This document shows, in pieces, positions 17,522 through 28,902 of a DNA stretch of 64,000 nt (the first letter of the stretch is position 1; every line of letters starts with the position of its first letter). The position numbers and the translations under genes were made by a program. The DNA comes from Bacteroidota bacterium (GTDB lineage Bacteria > Bacteroidota > Bacteroidia > AKYH767-A > OLB10). The stretch is from NCBI GenBank assembly GCA_024643795.1, contig JAHEMF010000006.1, positions 22,112-86,111 on the forward strand. The letters run 5' to 3'. The notes under the pieces were generated by a model that was not told the origin of the DNA, ran no database searches, and saw nothing but the letters and a program-made list of their open reading frames with translations.

Positions 17522-18817
<1,296 letters not shown>

Positions 18818-18860
18818 TTATTGAAAGTCAGTTTGTTATAAATAAAGGATTTTCCTGCTG

Positions 18861-18932
18861 CAAAGTTAAGATATTCAATGCCATTGCACTACTTAAAGCT
18901 CATAAAATATTCATTTTCAATAACTATTTTTG
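18861..18932. promoter_or_regulatory. Divergent Bacteroidota -7 promoter elements for eno (minus) and the metal operon (plus)
   Basis: TAACTTTG on minus (18861-18868); TATTTTTG on plus (18925-18932). Confidence 0.55.
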
Positions 18933-18952
18933 TATCTCAGCGTAAATAAAAC

Positions 18953-19369
18953 ATGCTTTTGAAACTGATACATAGCAAAGCTCTCTTATTCATTCTGTTG
19001 GGGTCTATGATCTTGTCTACCACAGGAGTAGCTTCTGTTTCTCATGTATGCCTCATGAAAATGAATTCCGGCTCAGGTAGTTCTTGTGAAATGCCTGCCA
19101 ATTGTTGTAATAAGCAGCAAAAGCATGATGATGGCAAAGGGTGCTGCTCAAATGATATTGTGTATTTCCGCGCCGACCTTGATCCTGCGATCAATGTTAG
19201 TGATACAGATAATCTGATCAATGCCAGTATCACTTTTTGCACTGTAAATACATCATTTTTAAAAACTTCTGTTGATGAAACTAACTTAATTCATTGTTCT
19301 TCAGAAGTAAGAATTCCATTCCCCCGGTCTGTAGATTATCAGGCATTCATTATGACTTTTCTTATCTGA
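18953..19369 (+). CDS. HYC_CC_PP-like Cys-rich protein (candidate metal-sensing leader)
   Basis: Signal/TM N-terminus, HVC, two CC pairs (NCC, GCC), Pro-rich C-terminus ending YQAFIMTFLI; lies upstream of a TonB receptor. Confidence 0.8.
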   Translation: MLLKLIHSKALLFILLGSMILSTTGVASVSHVCLMKMNSGSGSSCEMPANCCNKQQKHDDGKGCCSNDIVYFRADLDPAINVSDTDNLINASITFCTVNTSFLKTSVDETNLIHCSSEVRIPFPRSVDYQAFIMTFLI

Positions 19370-19413
19370 GAACAGCGGTTCAAAACCGTGTTTTTTATTC
19401 TCAGTAAAAGAAA
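19358..19413 (+). promoter_or_regulatory. Nested hairpin/terminator-like structure overlapping the leader stop codon and the TonB receptor initiation region
   Basis: Inner stem AACAGCGGTT-CAA-AACCGTGTT followed by a T-tract; outer pairs CTGAGAA(19366-72)/TTCTCAG(19398-404) and TTTCTT(19358-63)/AAGAAA(19408-13). Confidence 0.6.
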
Positions 19414-19419
19414 TGATTA

Positions 19420-21651
19420 ATGAAAAAGTTAAGTCTATTATTTGTTATAATATTATTTGCCTTCAATTCTGCTAATTCTCAAAAGTTATTAAGTGGAATA
19501 GTATATGACGGTTCGTCCAAAAAAGATCGAGTTACCCTGGTAGGAGCAAATGTTTATTGGCAGGAGAACTTATCCGGCGTGTCAACAAACGAAAAAGGTG
19601 AATTTGAATTGCCTGTTACTGTTGAATTGCCTTCAACACTCATTATAAGTTTTGTTGGCTTTCACAATGATTCAATTCTCATCAACCCCTCGACCAACAG
19701 CTTGAAAATTACTTTAGAACCTTCAGTAAGCATTGAAGAGGTAAAGGTTGAAGCAAAGAGGAACTCAACCGAGATATCAACGCTTAAACCACAAAATGTT
19801 GAGGAGTTGGGAACAGGTGAATTGTTAAAGGCGGCATGCTGTAATTTATCTGAGAGTTTTGAAACCAACCCGTCGGTGAACGTTGCATATACCGATGCCA
19901 TAACCGGAGCAAAAGATATTCAAATGCTGGGTCTGTCAGGTATCTACTCACAGATCATGACCGAGAACATTCCAAATTTAAAGGGGTTGGCGGCGCCTTA
20001 TGGGTTGGCCTATGTTCCAGGACCCTGGATGGAGTCGATTCAAATAACCAAAGGTTCGGGTAGTGTTGCCAATGGGTTTGAATCTACCACCGGTCAGATC
20101 AATATTGAATTCATAAAACCTGAAAAGGCCGATCCGTTTTACCTGAATCTTTATGGATCTGACAGAGGACGTTTTGAGATCAATGCGCATCAGCTCATCC
20201 CTGCAAGTGATAAATTAAAAGGAATGCTATTTGTCCATGGAGAATCAATGCAAAATAAAATGGATAGGCAAAATGACGGATTCCTGGATCAGCCATTGGT
20301 GAATCAGGCTAATGTTTACAACAGGTGGCAGTATCACTCAGGCAAAAACTTTGAAGGACAGTTTGGAATAAAATACCTTACTGAGGAACGAAATGGGGGG
20401 CAGGTAGATTTTAATAAAGGCTCAGACCTGGGCACAAAAAATCATTACGGAGTGGGCGTCAAAACACAAAGGATTGAACTTTATTCTAAAACCGGACTGG
20501 TATTTCCCGAAACTCCCTGGAAAAGTGCAGGGCTCATATTAAATGCATCTTTGCATGACATGAACTCATATTTTGGTTTAAAAACCTATGATGCAGATCA
20601 GAAAAGTATGTATGGTTCATTGATCTATATGACCATTATCGGATCAACTAATCATAAAATTAAATCAGGCATTGATTTCAGGTATGATCATTTTAATGAA
20701 ACCTATAATCTTGCAAACCAGAAAAGAGAACAAATTGTGCCGGGTGGTTACATCGAATATACATTGAGCGATGTAGGTAACCTGGGAGTGGTTGCAGGTA
20801 TTAGGGCGGATCATCTCAACAATTATGGAACCACGGTAAACCCCCGTTTACATATAAAGTATAATCTGAAGCCTGAAATTATATTCCGGGCATCTGCCGG
20901 ACGTAGTTTGAGAACTGCTAATGTTTATGCTGAAAATATTTCAGCCATGGCCACTTCCCGGGAATTTTTCTTCAAGGAATCACTTAACCCTGAAATAGCA
21001 TGGAATTACGGATTGAATGCCACTGCCAGATTTCGGCTCGATTATCGTGAGGGGTCAGTAAGTGTAGATTATTATTCAACACAATTTCAAAACCAGGTGG
21101 TTGTAGATATGTATAGTTCTAAAACGCAAGTTGGAATCTATAACTTGTCAGGTAAATCCTATTCAAATAGTTTTCAGGTTGCATTGAACTACGAATTGTT
21201 GAAGAGACTGGATATAAGACTAGCCTGGAAAATGGATGATGTGGTTACTACTTATGGGCTTGAAACCATCAATAAGCCACTTGTGCCCAAATACCGTGCA
21301 CTATTTAATGTTGCATATGCCACCAAAGGTGAAAATTGGATCTTTGATCTTACGCTGCAGTATGAAGGTGAAAAAAAGTTAGGGTTGGCTGATAGTGAAC
21401 TGATTAGTGATAGTCAGGTTACCAATGGAAGCACGCCGGAATTTTTGATTGTAAATTCGCAGATCACAAGGAAATGGAATCGCTGGCAGTTTTATGCAGG
21501 ATGTGAAAATGTATTTGACTTCGTACAAAAAAATGTGATCATTGGAGCTCAGGATCCGTTTGGCCCGGAGTTTGATGCTACTAATATTTGGGGCCCGGTA
21601 GTGGGTAGGAATATATATTTAGGTTTGAGATATACAATAAATAAAAAATAA
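19420..21651 (+). CDS. TonB-dependent outer-membrane receptor, heavy-metal-associated type
   Basis: Signal peptide, carboxypeptidase-regulatory-like N-domain, plug with AACCNLSESFETN, ITKGSGSV, and a beta-barrel C-terminus GRNIYLGLRY. Confidence 0.9.
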   Translation: MKKLSLLFVIILFAFNSANSQKLLSGIVYDGSSKKDRVTLVGANVYWQENLSGVSTNEKGEFELPVTVELPSTLIISFVGFHNDSILINPSTNSLKITLEPSVSIEEVKVEAKRNSTEISTLKPQNVEELGTGELLKAACCNLSESFETNPSVNVAYTDAITGAKDIQMLGLSGIYSQIMTENIPNLKGLAAPYGLAYVPGPWMESIQITKGSGSVANGFESTTGQINIEFIKPEKADPFYLNLYGSDRGRFEINAHQLIPASDKLKGMLFVHGESMQNKMDRQNDGFLDQPLVNQANVYNRWQYHSGKNFEGQFGIKYLTEERNGGQVDFNKGSDLGTKNHYGVGVKTQRIELYSKTGLVFPETPWKSAGLILNASLHDMNSYFGLKTYDADQKSMYGSLIYMTIIGSTNHKIKSGIDFRYDHFNETYNLANQKREQIVPGGYIEYTLSDVGNLGVVAGIRADHLNNYGTTVNPRLHIKYNLKPEIIFRASAGRSLRTANVYAENISAMATSREFFFKESLNPEIAWNYGLNATARFRLDYREGSVSVDYYSTQFQNQVVVDMYSSKTQVGIYNLSGKSYSNSFQVALNYELLKRLDIRLAWKMDDVVTTYGLETINKPLVPKYRALFNVAYATKGENWIFDLTLQYEGEKKLGLADSELISDSQVTNGSTPEFLIVNSQITRKWNRWQFYAGCENVFDFVQKNVIIGAQDPFGPEFDATNIWGPVVGRNIYLGLRYTINKK

Positions 21652-21657
21652 AATAAA

Positions 21658-22008
21658 ATGAAACAGATAATGAATCTTATGCTCGTTGCTTTTATAGCTC
21701 TTTTTTCATTGAAAGCAACTGCACAGTCAACAGAAATAATCATTAAAACCAGTGCTCAGTGTAAAGAGTGCAAGGAAACCCTTGAAGCTAAGGTGATAGA
21801 TTGCAAGGGTGTTAAGTTTGTTGAGCTTGACATGGAATCTAAAAACCTGAAAGTTGTTTACAACTCCAAAAAAACAAATCCTGAGTTGATCAGAAAGTAT
21901 ATTTCTGATATCGGATATAATGCTGATGATGTTGCTGCCAATCCGGAAGCTGTGGAGAAGTTAAGCCCTTGTTGCCGTCCTGATGGTAGCCATTCTCATG
22001 ACGAATGA
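21658..22008 (+). CDS. Exported heavy-metal-associated (HMA) domain protein
   Basis: Signal peptide, QCKEC (CxxC), ISDIGY, C-terminal LSPCC and HSHDE. Confidence 0.87.
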   Translation: MKQIMNLMLVAFIALFSLKATAQSTEIIIKTSAQCKECKETLEAKVIDCKGVKFVELDMESKNLKVVYNSKKTNPELIRKYISDIGYNADDVAANPEAVEKLSPCCRPDGSHSHDE

Positions 22009-23406
22009 TCATTGAGGTGTTTGCTCTGTCAAGTCAACAGAGTCAAGTTCGTTAATCGGAGTTGCAGGTTTTTTATTTGACTTGTTAAATACAAAGTTAA
22101 TCCCGGCTCTGAATCCGGTTACATTGGCATTTCTATAATTTACCAGCCCAATAATGTTATCAGAGGCAAAGTAAAAATGTCCTCCGGGAAATTTCACAGA
22201 TACACCTGCTCCTATATTCCCTTGACTTTTATTGATGCTGCTGTAGCCGATGGAATAATCGAGCCATTTTTTAATTGAGTTGGTGTAATGTAAATTATAA
22301 CTTATCATGCTTCCTGACGGTGTTTCCCGCCAGTGTAAAACAAGGCCTGTTTTGCCCTTTTTACCTGTCAGGTATTCAACGGAAGTATAAATTTGAGTTG
22401 GCAAACTACTTGAGAATGATTCATAACTTTCCTGAACATTAAATCCATCATAGATAGAGTCTAACATATTTTCTAAAAAGGCCTCAGAGCTGTTACCCTG
22501 ATTGATGAACTCATCCAGATTTAGTCCTTGATAAATCACAGGGCCATCAGATGTAACAGTTGTATAATTCAGGTTGTTGCTTTTCCAGTTTATCTTACCC
22601 AGATCCAATACAGATAGTCCTACTGTAAATTTTTTCCCTGCGTTAATATTTATGCCAAGATCTGCTCCCCATCCGGTATTGTTCCTTTTGAATAAATATT
22701 CACCAGCTGTTAATCCATCGAATGAATCGCTTGAAATACCTGACGTGTATAAACTATATTCGGAATAACCATACAAAGTGAAATCATTCGGGTCAGTATA
22801 TAAATTCACACCCATGCCCTCGCTGTGAATATGTTCCATTCCGTACAAATACTTTATTCTCACTCCCATGCTTATGCTGCTCAATATCTGTCGTGACCAT
22901 GTTAAACCATATTCTCTGTAATGTGAGGCGTCAATTCCGGGATTAATGTTTGCTGAGGTTCCTTGATACGATCCATTGCCATAGTAAAGAAATTCCATCA
23001 TATTTTTTGAAAAAGTTATATCACCGGATATCTTTTCAGTAACATTAATGGTAAAGCAATTATTACCTGCATTGAATCCAAGCCATATCAGATCATTCTC
23101 GGCTGTAACACGCACAGAATTTGTTGTATTCAACTTTTCAATAGTGCCTTCAATGTCCCATATCAAACTATCATTTGATCCTTTATGAATCAGATCGGAG
23201 TAGGTGAATCCATTGTTCTGATACCCAAACATTATGGATGAGGTGAGTGGAAATCCTGCAAAGATCTTTGAATCTGTCATGTAAGCAGGATTTATTTTAT
23301 TTGATTGAGGTGTACCCTGTAAAGTCTGCATCATGAACTCCTGAGCAGGTGAAGTATGGAAGAACATTCCTGACAGAGAAATAGTAAGTAGAATAATCTT
23401 TTTCAT
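22009..23406 (-). CDS. DUF5723-like outer-membrane beta-barrel protein
   Basis: Signal peptide, INPA, YREYGLTWSR, GWGADLG, SVLDLGKINW, LPT and a terminal strand GINFVF. Confidence 0.7.
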   Translation of the reverse strand: MKKIILLTISLSGMFFHTSPAQEFMMQTLQGTPQSNKINPAYMTDSKIFAGFPLTSSIMFGYQNNGFTYSDLIHKGSNDSLIWDIEGTIEKLNTTNSVRVTAENDLIWLGFNAGNNCFTINVTEKISGDITFSKNMMEFLYYGNGSYQGTSANINPGIDASHYREYGLTWSRQILSSISMGVRIKYLYGMEHIHSEGMGVNLYTDPNDFTLYGYSEYSLYTSGISSDSFDGLTAGEYLFKRNNTGWGADLGININAGKKFTVGLSVLDLGKINWKSNNLNYTTVTSDGPVIYQGLNLDEFINQGNSSEAFLENMLDSIYDGFNVQESYESFSSSLPTQIYTSVEYLTGKKGKTGLVLHWRETPSGSMISYNLHYTNSIKKWLDYSIGYSSINKSQGNIGAGVSVKFPGGHFYFASDNIIGLVNYRNANVTGFRAGINFVFNKSNKKPATPINELDSVDLTEQTPQ

Positions 23407-23417
23407 TTCAAATGGAG

Positions 23418-25016
23418 CTATTGGACCTTGATCTTTGCCTTCGCGCCGATCTTTACTTTCAATTTATAATCGGCAAAAAGTTTGATGTTTGTATTGCCAT
23501 CATTTGTGCTGGTTGCAATTCCTGTAATAATTATGTGTTTTGCTAACATCAGATCATTCAGCATTTGTTTTGTAAGGATGTTAGCTGCACTCCTTTTCCC
23601 GGGAATAGTTACTCTTTCTGTAACCGGATCAACTGTGCCGCCGGGAACCTGGATCTCGTTAGAGCTGAAAAGAGTATCTATCGGAGAGTAGTTCTCGTCA
23701 GTAAATACTACTTCAATATTTGAAGACAGAGGGAAGCCGTTGGTTACATCAGTCCTCAGCTCCAGATATTCTACATTTTTCAGGTCATCATAACTGAAGG
23801 GTAATGTGTCACGGATCTTGAAATTTTGAATAGTTCCATAAAGAGGCATCTCTACTGCAACATCAATACTTAGATTTCCTGTACGGGTTAAAAAGTTTTG
23901 AGCTGTTCCATTTGGATTTGTAACTACCCTGCTTTGTGTAAATAAATATCGTGGCTGTTGATTAATTATGCTGCTGACATTACTGTTCTGGTTGCTTAAA
24001 ACGAATCCGGTCAGCTTTGCTTGTCCCAACTCCGGCAATGATGGTGATTGAGTAGGGATAGGGTTAGGAATTCCTGAAACCGGATTAGGATTTGAATTAC
24101 CCAATGCAACCAATTCGGGAAGTGTAATTTCAAGTGGAAGCCCCAGTGAATTATTCAGTTTGAACTCCACTTTTGGGTCTACAATTGTAAATGCACCCAG
24201 GCTTAAAGAGTTGTTAAAAATTGATATTGATAGGGTGTCACGTGGATTGATGAAAGAATTTTGCCCAAAATACCCATACAGAGTTTCATATTCCAGTTTT
24301 TTGATGTCATGGATCATGGTGATCGTTTGACCTGGTGCTATAGTACCGTTTAAATTATTGATGGTAATATTAAAATCAACCAACAATTTATTACCTCCTG
24401 GACCTGCCTTTGTAAAATCAAAATCATATCCGGAAATGGATGTGATTGTGAGTGAAGAATTGTCAGGTTGTATTATTTCATTCGTACCATTTAGTTTTGT
24501 GTTGTTAAGGTGCACATCAGGAAATTCAAATTGCAAATGAATGTCAGCCGGCAGGTTGGTCTGAAGGGACACATCTAATTCACCATTCCAAAACGTTGAA
24601 GAGTCAATTCTGGTACCGGGTGCAAGGTTTAACTCTAAAAGCATTGAACCAGGTATTGTAATTGACCCTAAAGTATTTAATGCAAGAATTTGGCTAGAAG
24701 TGAGTGAAATTGACTCAATAATTCGTTGATCAGGTATTTCGGTCACCATACTTGCGTTCAAACTTGTTGCAGTCCCCCTGTAAACCAAAGTGCAGAACTG
24801 ATTAGGGTCTGTAACCAATACGGTGCCTGAGCCATCAACATGCATGAGGTCTGTTATCTCTAATTCGCTGTATGCCAGTGGAAATGCCAGCTCCGGGGAC
24901 CATTCGGGCTTCCCGAGTGTTGAGAAATCATCTTTTTGGCACGATTGAAACAATATTACCGCCATGAACAGGGGAAAGAGTGTTTTCCATAGGATTCTTG
25001 ATGCTTGATGTATCAT
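23418..25016 (-). CDS. Large uncharacterised lipoprotein (partner of the DUF5723 protein)
   Basis: Lipobox LFQSC, WSPELAFPL, beta-rich sequence; 11 nt gap to the barrel gene. ATG 25016 preferred over TTG 25049. Confidence 0.7.
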   Translation of the reverse strand: MIHQASRILWKTLFPLFMAVILFQSCQKDDFSTLGKPEWSPELAFPLAYSELEITDLMHVDGSGTVLVTDPNQFCTLVYRGTATSLNASMVTEIPDQRIIESISLTSSQILALNTLGSITIPGSMLLELNLAPGTRIDSSTFWNGELDVSLQTNLPADIHLQFEFPDVHLNNTKLNGTNEIIQPDNSSLTITSISGYDFDFTKAGPGGNKLLVDFNITINNLNGTIAPGQTITMIHDIKKLEYETLYGYFGQNSFINPRDTLSISIFNNSLSLGAFTIVDPKVEFKLNNSLGLPLEITLPELVALGNSNPNPVSGIPNPIPTQSPSLPELGQAKLTGFVLSNQNSNVSSIINQQPRYLFTQSRVVTNPNGTAQNFLTRTGNLSIDVAVEMPLYGTIQNFKIRDTLPFSYDDLKNVEYLELRTDVTNGFPLSSNIEVVFTDENYSPIDTLFSSNEIQVPGGTVDPVTERVTIPGKRSAANILTKQMLNDLMLAKHIIITGIATSTNDGNTNIKLFADYKLKVKIGAKAKIKVQ

Positions 25017-25122
25017 TTTCCGGATTATTGGGTTCCGGATATTGTACAAGCTAAAGTGAATGAAAGTTGAACCCTACTGATTCAAAAGTTCAGTTTGTAA
25101 GATTTTATTATAAATGTGATGA

Positions 25123-25674
25123 TTATTGATAGGATACTTTCTCAAAGGTGCCGTTGCTTACAACAATTGAGTCACCTGATCCGGATGTGCTAAAAGCTTT
25201 AAAATTAAATGATCCTTCAACAATGTTCCGAAATTTATCCCACTTGCTAAACGAAATGTTGCCATCATTTGAAATGTATGTTTCGTTTGTACCAAGTACA
25301 GTGTATATAGCTGATCCGATGTTATAGCTGCCTACCTGCTGTGAGCCATCATGAATTATTGAAATGTCTGACCCTCCTGATGAACCGGAAATAAGTAACT
25401 GTTGACTGGTAGTGTTAAGGATGGATGTAACAGTACCTGACGAACTCCAGTTTGTGCTACTTACTAAAGCAGTCATTTTGCTAACACAAGGTGGGCATGG
25501 TCCTCCACAATCAACCAATAGTTCACCTTGATTTAAAATTCCATCGTTACAACTTTCTTCTTCAATAATAGGAACAGGGTCATTACTGTTGCAGGAAGTA
25601 ATCACAACAGTAAAAATCAAAAGAAAAAGGATATTAATAAACCCAAAACCAATAGTCCGTTGATGGGAATTCAT
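25123..25674 (-). CDS. Lipoprotein with a CxDGxxNxxExxVDCGGxCxxC Cys-rich motif and a beta-sandwich C-domain
   Basis: Lipobox ITSC; CNDGILNQGELLVDCGGPCPPC; C-terminal VEGSFNF...SNGTF. Start set at ATG 25674. Confidence 0.7.
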   Translation of the reverse strand: MNSHQRTIGFGFINILFLLIFTVVITSCNSNDPVPIIEEESCNDGILNQGELLVDCGGPCPPCVSKMTALVSSTNWSSSGTVTSILNTTSQQLLISGSSGGSDISIIHDGSQQVGSYNIGSAIYTVLGTNETYISNDGNISFSKWDKFRNIVEGSFNFKAFSTSGSGDSIVVSNGTFEKVSYQ

Positions 25675-25723
25675 ATTTTTGTTATCTGCAATAAAATTAA
25701 GGAATATTTTAAACATATGAGAA

Positions 25724-27628
25724 ATGAATAAATTCAGGATAGGATCAATGGAGGATTATGAAAAAGCCTACAAATCGAGTATAGATGATCCTGAAGGCTT
25801 CTGGTCCGCAATCGCAAAGAATTTTCTTTGGGATAAGGAGTGGGATAAAGTATTGGAATGGGACTTTGACAAGTTCGATGTAAAGTGGTTTAAAGGAGGG
25901 AAGCTCAATATCACTGCTAATTGTCTCGACAGAAACCTGAAAGACAGGGCTGAGCAAATTGCAATTCAGTGGGAGCCGAACGATCCTGTTCAGGTTGGTA
26001 GAACTTTGACTTATCGGCAACTATTCATTGAGGTTTGTAAGTTTTCAAATGTGCTTAAATCATTAGGCGTAACGAAAGGTGATAGGATCTGTATATACAT
26101 GCCTATGGTTCCTGAGCTTGCAATTTCTTTGCTGGCATGCGCTCGAATCGGAGCAATTCATTCTGTGGTATTTGCAGGTTTTTCTTCCAATTCATTAAGA
26201 GATCGTATCAATGATTCTGAATGTAGTGTTCTTCTAACATCAGATGGTTCGTTTCGCGGAGATAAAAAGATCGACTTAAAATCCATTGCTGATGAAGCCT
26301 TGGAAGAATGCCCAACCATAAGAAACACGGTTGTATTTAAACGCACCGGAGACCATGTTACCATGCAATCAGGAAGAGATCATTGGTGGCACGAACTTAT
26401 GCAAGCTGCTGATAGCAAATGTGATTATGAAATTATGGATGCTGAGGATATGTTGTTCATACTCTACACCTCTGGCAGCACCGGAAAACCAAAAGGGGTA
26501 GTACATACCACCGGAGGTTATATGGTATTTTCATGGTATACCTTTCTCAATGTGTTTCAATATAATGAGAGGGAAATGTACTGGTGTACAGCGGATATCG
26601 GATGGATCACCGGCCACTCATATATTGTTTACGGACCGTTGCTTGCAGGTGCAACAACTTTAATGTTTGAAGGTGTGCCAACCTGGCCAACTCCTGAAAG
26701 GTTCTGGCAGGTGGTTGAGAAGTATAAAGTAAACATATTTTATACGGCTCCAACAGCAATAAGAGCGCTGGAAGCATATGGTGTTGATCATGTAAAAAAA
26801 TATAAAATGGATAGCCTCAGGGTACTGGGCACCGTTGGTGAACCCATAAATAAAGAAGCATGGGACTGGTATAATGTTCACGTGGGTAAGGAACGTTGCC
26901 CGATAGTTGATACTTGGTGGCAGACAGAAACAGGTGGGATCATGATATCTCCATTAGCAGGTATAACACCGCTTAAACCAGGGTACGCTACCTTACCTTT
27001 GCCAGGTATCAGGCCCGTCCTAGTTGACAATGACGGTAAGTTACTGGAAGGTAATAACGTTGATGGCATTCTTTGTTTTGATTTTCCATGGCCTGGTATA
27101 CTGAGGACTACTTTTGGTGATCATGAACGATGCAGGAATACCTACTTTTCAACGTATAAGAATTTATATTTTACAGGAGATGGTTGTAAACGGGATGAGG
27201 ATGGGTTTTACAGAATCAGCGGCAGAGTAGATGATGTTATAAATGTGTCAGGCCACAGGTTGGGTACCGCAGAGATTGAAAACGCTATAAATGAGCATCC
27301 GATGGTGGTAGAGTCTGCAGTTGTTGGTTACCAGCACCCAATAAAAGGACAGGGAATATATGCATATGTTATATGTGATAGTAAACATGGTAATGATGAA
27401 AGCCTGATCAGTGAAATCAAGGCGGTTGTGAATCGGATAATCGGACCTATCGCCAAACCAGATATTATACAGATCGTTCCCGGGCTTCCTAAAACACGTT
27501 CAGGGAAAATAATGAGAAGGATCTTGAGAAAAATTGCAGGGAATGAAACAGATAATCTGGGTGATACATCTACTTTGCTCGACCCATCTATTGTTGAAAC
27601 CATAAAAGCGGGTGCTATCAATAAATAA
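25724..27628 (+). CDS. acs: Acetate--CoA ligase (acetyl-CoA synthetase)
   Basis: YTSGSTGKPKG, DTWWQTETGG, YFTGDG, GRVDDVINVSGHRLGTAEIE, PKTRSGKIMRR. Confidence 0.97.
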   Translation: MNKFRIGSMEDYEKAYKSSIDDPEGFWSAIAKNFLWDKEWDKVLEWDFDKFDVKWFKGGKLNITANCLDRNLKDRAEQIAIQWEPNDPVQVGRTLTYRQLFIEVCKFSNVLKSLGVTKGDRICIYMPMVPELAISLLACARIGAIHSVVFAGFSSNSLRDRINDSECSVLLTSDGSFRGDKKIDLKSIADEALEECPTIRNTVVFKRTGDHVTMQSGRDHWWHELMQAADSKCDYEIMDAEDMLFILYTSGSTGKPKGVVHTTGGYMVFSWYTFLNVFQYNEREMYWCTADIGWITGHSYIVYGPLLAGATTLMFEGVPTWPTPERFWQVVEKYKVNIFYTAPTAIRALEAYGVDHVKKYKMDSLRVLGTVGEPINKEAWDWYNVHVGKERCPIVDTWWQTETGGIMISPLAGITPLKPGYATLPLPGIRPVLVDNDGKLLEGNNVDGILCFDFPWPGILRTTFGDHERCRNTYFSTYKNLYFTGDGCKRDEDGFYRISGRVDDVINVSGHRLGTAEIENAINEHPMVVESAVVGYQHPIKGQGIYAYVICDSKHGNDESLISEIKAVVNRIIGPIAKPDIIQIVPGLPKTRSGKIMRRILRKIAGNETDNLGDTSTLLDPSIVETIKAGAINK

Positions 27629-27648
27629 CATACTTCAGAAGAATAATT

Positions 27649-28902
27649 ATGAGTGAGAGATCCTTTGTTTATGAATTGGATAATGGGATGCGGTTGGTAT
27701 ACGCTTACGCGGATAGTCCTGTGTCACATTGTGGTTTGTTGATAGATGCCGGTACAAGAGATGAGCCCCAGGGTAAAGAAGGTATAGCGCACTTTTTGGA
27801 GCATGTTTTTTTTAAAGGAACCGGCAAAAGAAAAGCATACCAGATACTTAATAGAATGGAAACGGTAGGAGGTGAGATCAACGCTTTCACAACTCGGGAA
27901 GAAACATGTATCCACGCCTCATTCATGAATGGATTTTTTGATCGCGCCACTGAGCTGATAAGTGATATAGTTTTTAATTCAACCTTTCCTGAAAAAGAAA
28001 TTGAAAAGGAAAAGGATGTTGTGATTGATGAAATAAACTCCTATTTGGATAATCCGATGGAACAAATATTGGACGATTTTGAAAGTCAGGTATTCAGAGG
28101 AAACCCATTAGGAAACCCAATATTGGGTACCCATCAAACTGTTCGCTCTTTTAGAAGATCTGACCTAGTGAGATTCATCAGAGATAATTATTATTTAGAT
28201 CGTATGGTTTTTTCCTACTGCGGTGCATTGCCTTTTGAGGAAGTAAAAAAAATATTCATCAAATATTTTTCTGAAAAAAATGACCGTAAAGGCAACAATA
28301 TGACCAGACTCAAATTCAAGTCAAGACGTGCAGAAGTGATAAAGCTGAATAAACCATCAGTTCAGGCGCATTATATCTTAGGAGGTACTGCATTTTCTGC
28401 TAAAAGTAATAGACGCATTTCCATGTACCTTCTTAACAATATCCTTGGAGGCCCTGGCCTGAATTCCAGATTAAATATGAATGTGCGCGAAAAACATGGA
28501 TATACTTATAACATCGAATCGTCATATACTCCATTTTCAGACACAGGCTTATTTTACATTTACCTTTCCACCGAACCTAAATTTCTTTCAAAATCAATTA
28601 GTCTGGTGATTCAGGAACTTAAGAAATTAAGGTCTGTTAAAATTTCTGACAGACAAGTTATGCAATACCAAAATCAATTGATAGGCCAAATATCAATTGG
28701 TATGGAAAACAAGTCTAATGTCATGATCAACAATGCAAGGAGTGTTATTTCTTATAACAAACCGGTGCATTTTGATGAAACAGTTAAAAAGATAAAGGAA
28801 GTAAGTAGCTCAGATCTGTTGGAAGTAGCAAACAGGTTGTTGCTTGAAGACAAGCTCGGAAGTTTAACGTTTATGCCGTTAGAAGCGGTATCCTATAGTT
28901 AG
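27649..28902 (+). CDS. M16 family (pitrilysin-like) zinc peptidase
   Basis: Inverted zinc motif HFLEH, INAFTTREET, SRLNMNVREKHGYTY. Confidence 0.92.
   Translation: MSERSFVYELDNGMRLVYAYADSPVSHCGLLIDAGTRDEPQGKEGIAHFLEHVFFKGTGKRKAYQILNRMETVGGEINAFTTREETCIHASFMNGFFDRATELISDIVFNSTFPEKEIEKEKDVVIDEINSYLDNPMEQILDDFESQVFRGNPLGNPILGTHQTVRSFRRSDLVRFIRDNYYLDRMVFSYCGALPFEEVKKIFIKYFSEKNDRKGNNMTRLKFKSRRAEVIKLNKPSVQAHYILGGTAFSAKSNRRISMYLLNNILGGPGLNSRLNMNVREKHGYTYNIESSYTPFSDTGLFYIYLSTEPKFLSKSISLVIQELKKLRSVKISDRQVMQYQNQLIGQISIGMENKSNVMINNARSVISYNKPVHFDETVKKIKEVSSSDLLEVANRLLLEDKLGSLTFMPLEAVSYS

Noticed and set aside
28879..28902. 24-nt convergent overlaps (also 48105-48128)
   Set aside because: Short tail-to-tail overlaps are common in compact genomes, and there is no sign of a frameshift.
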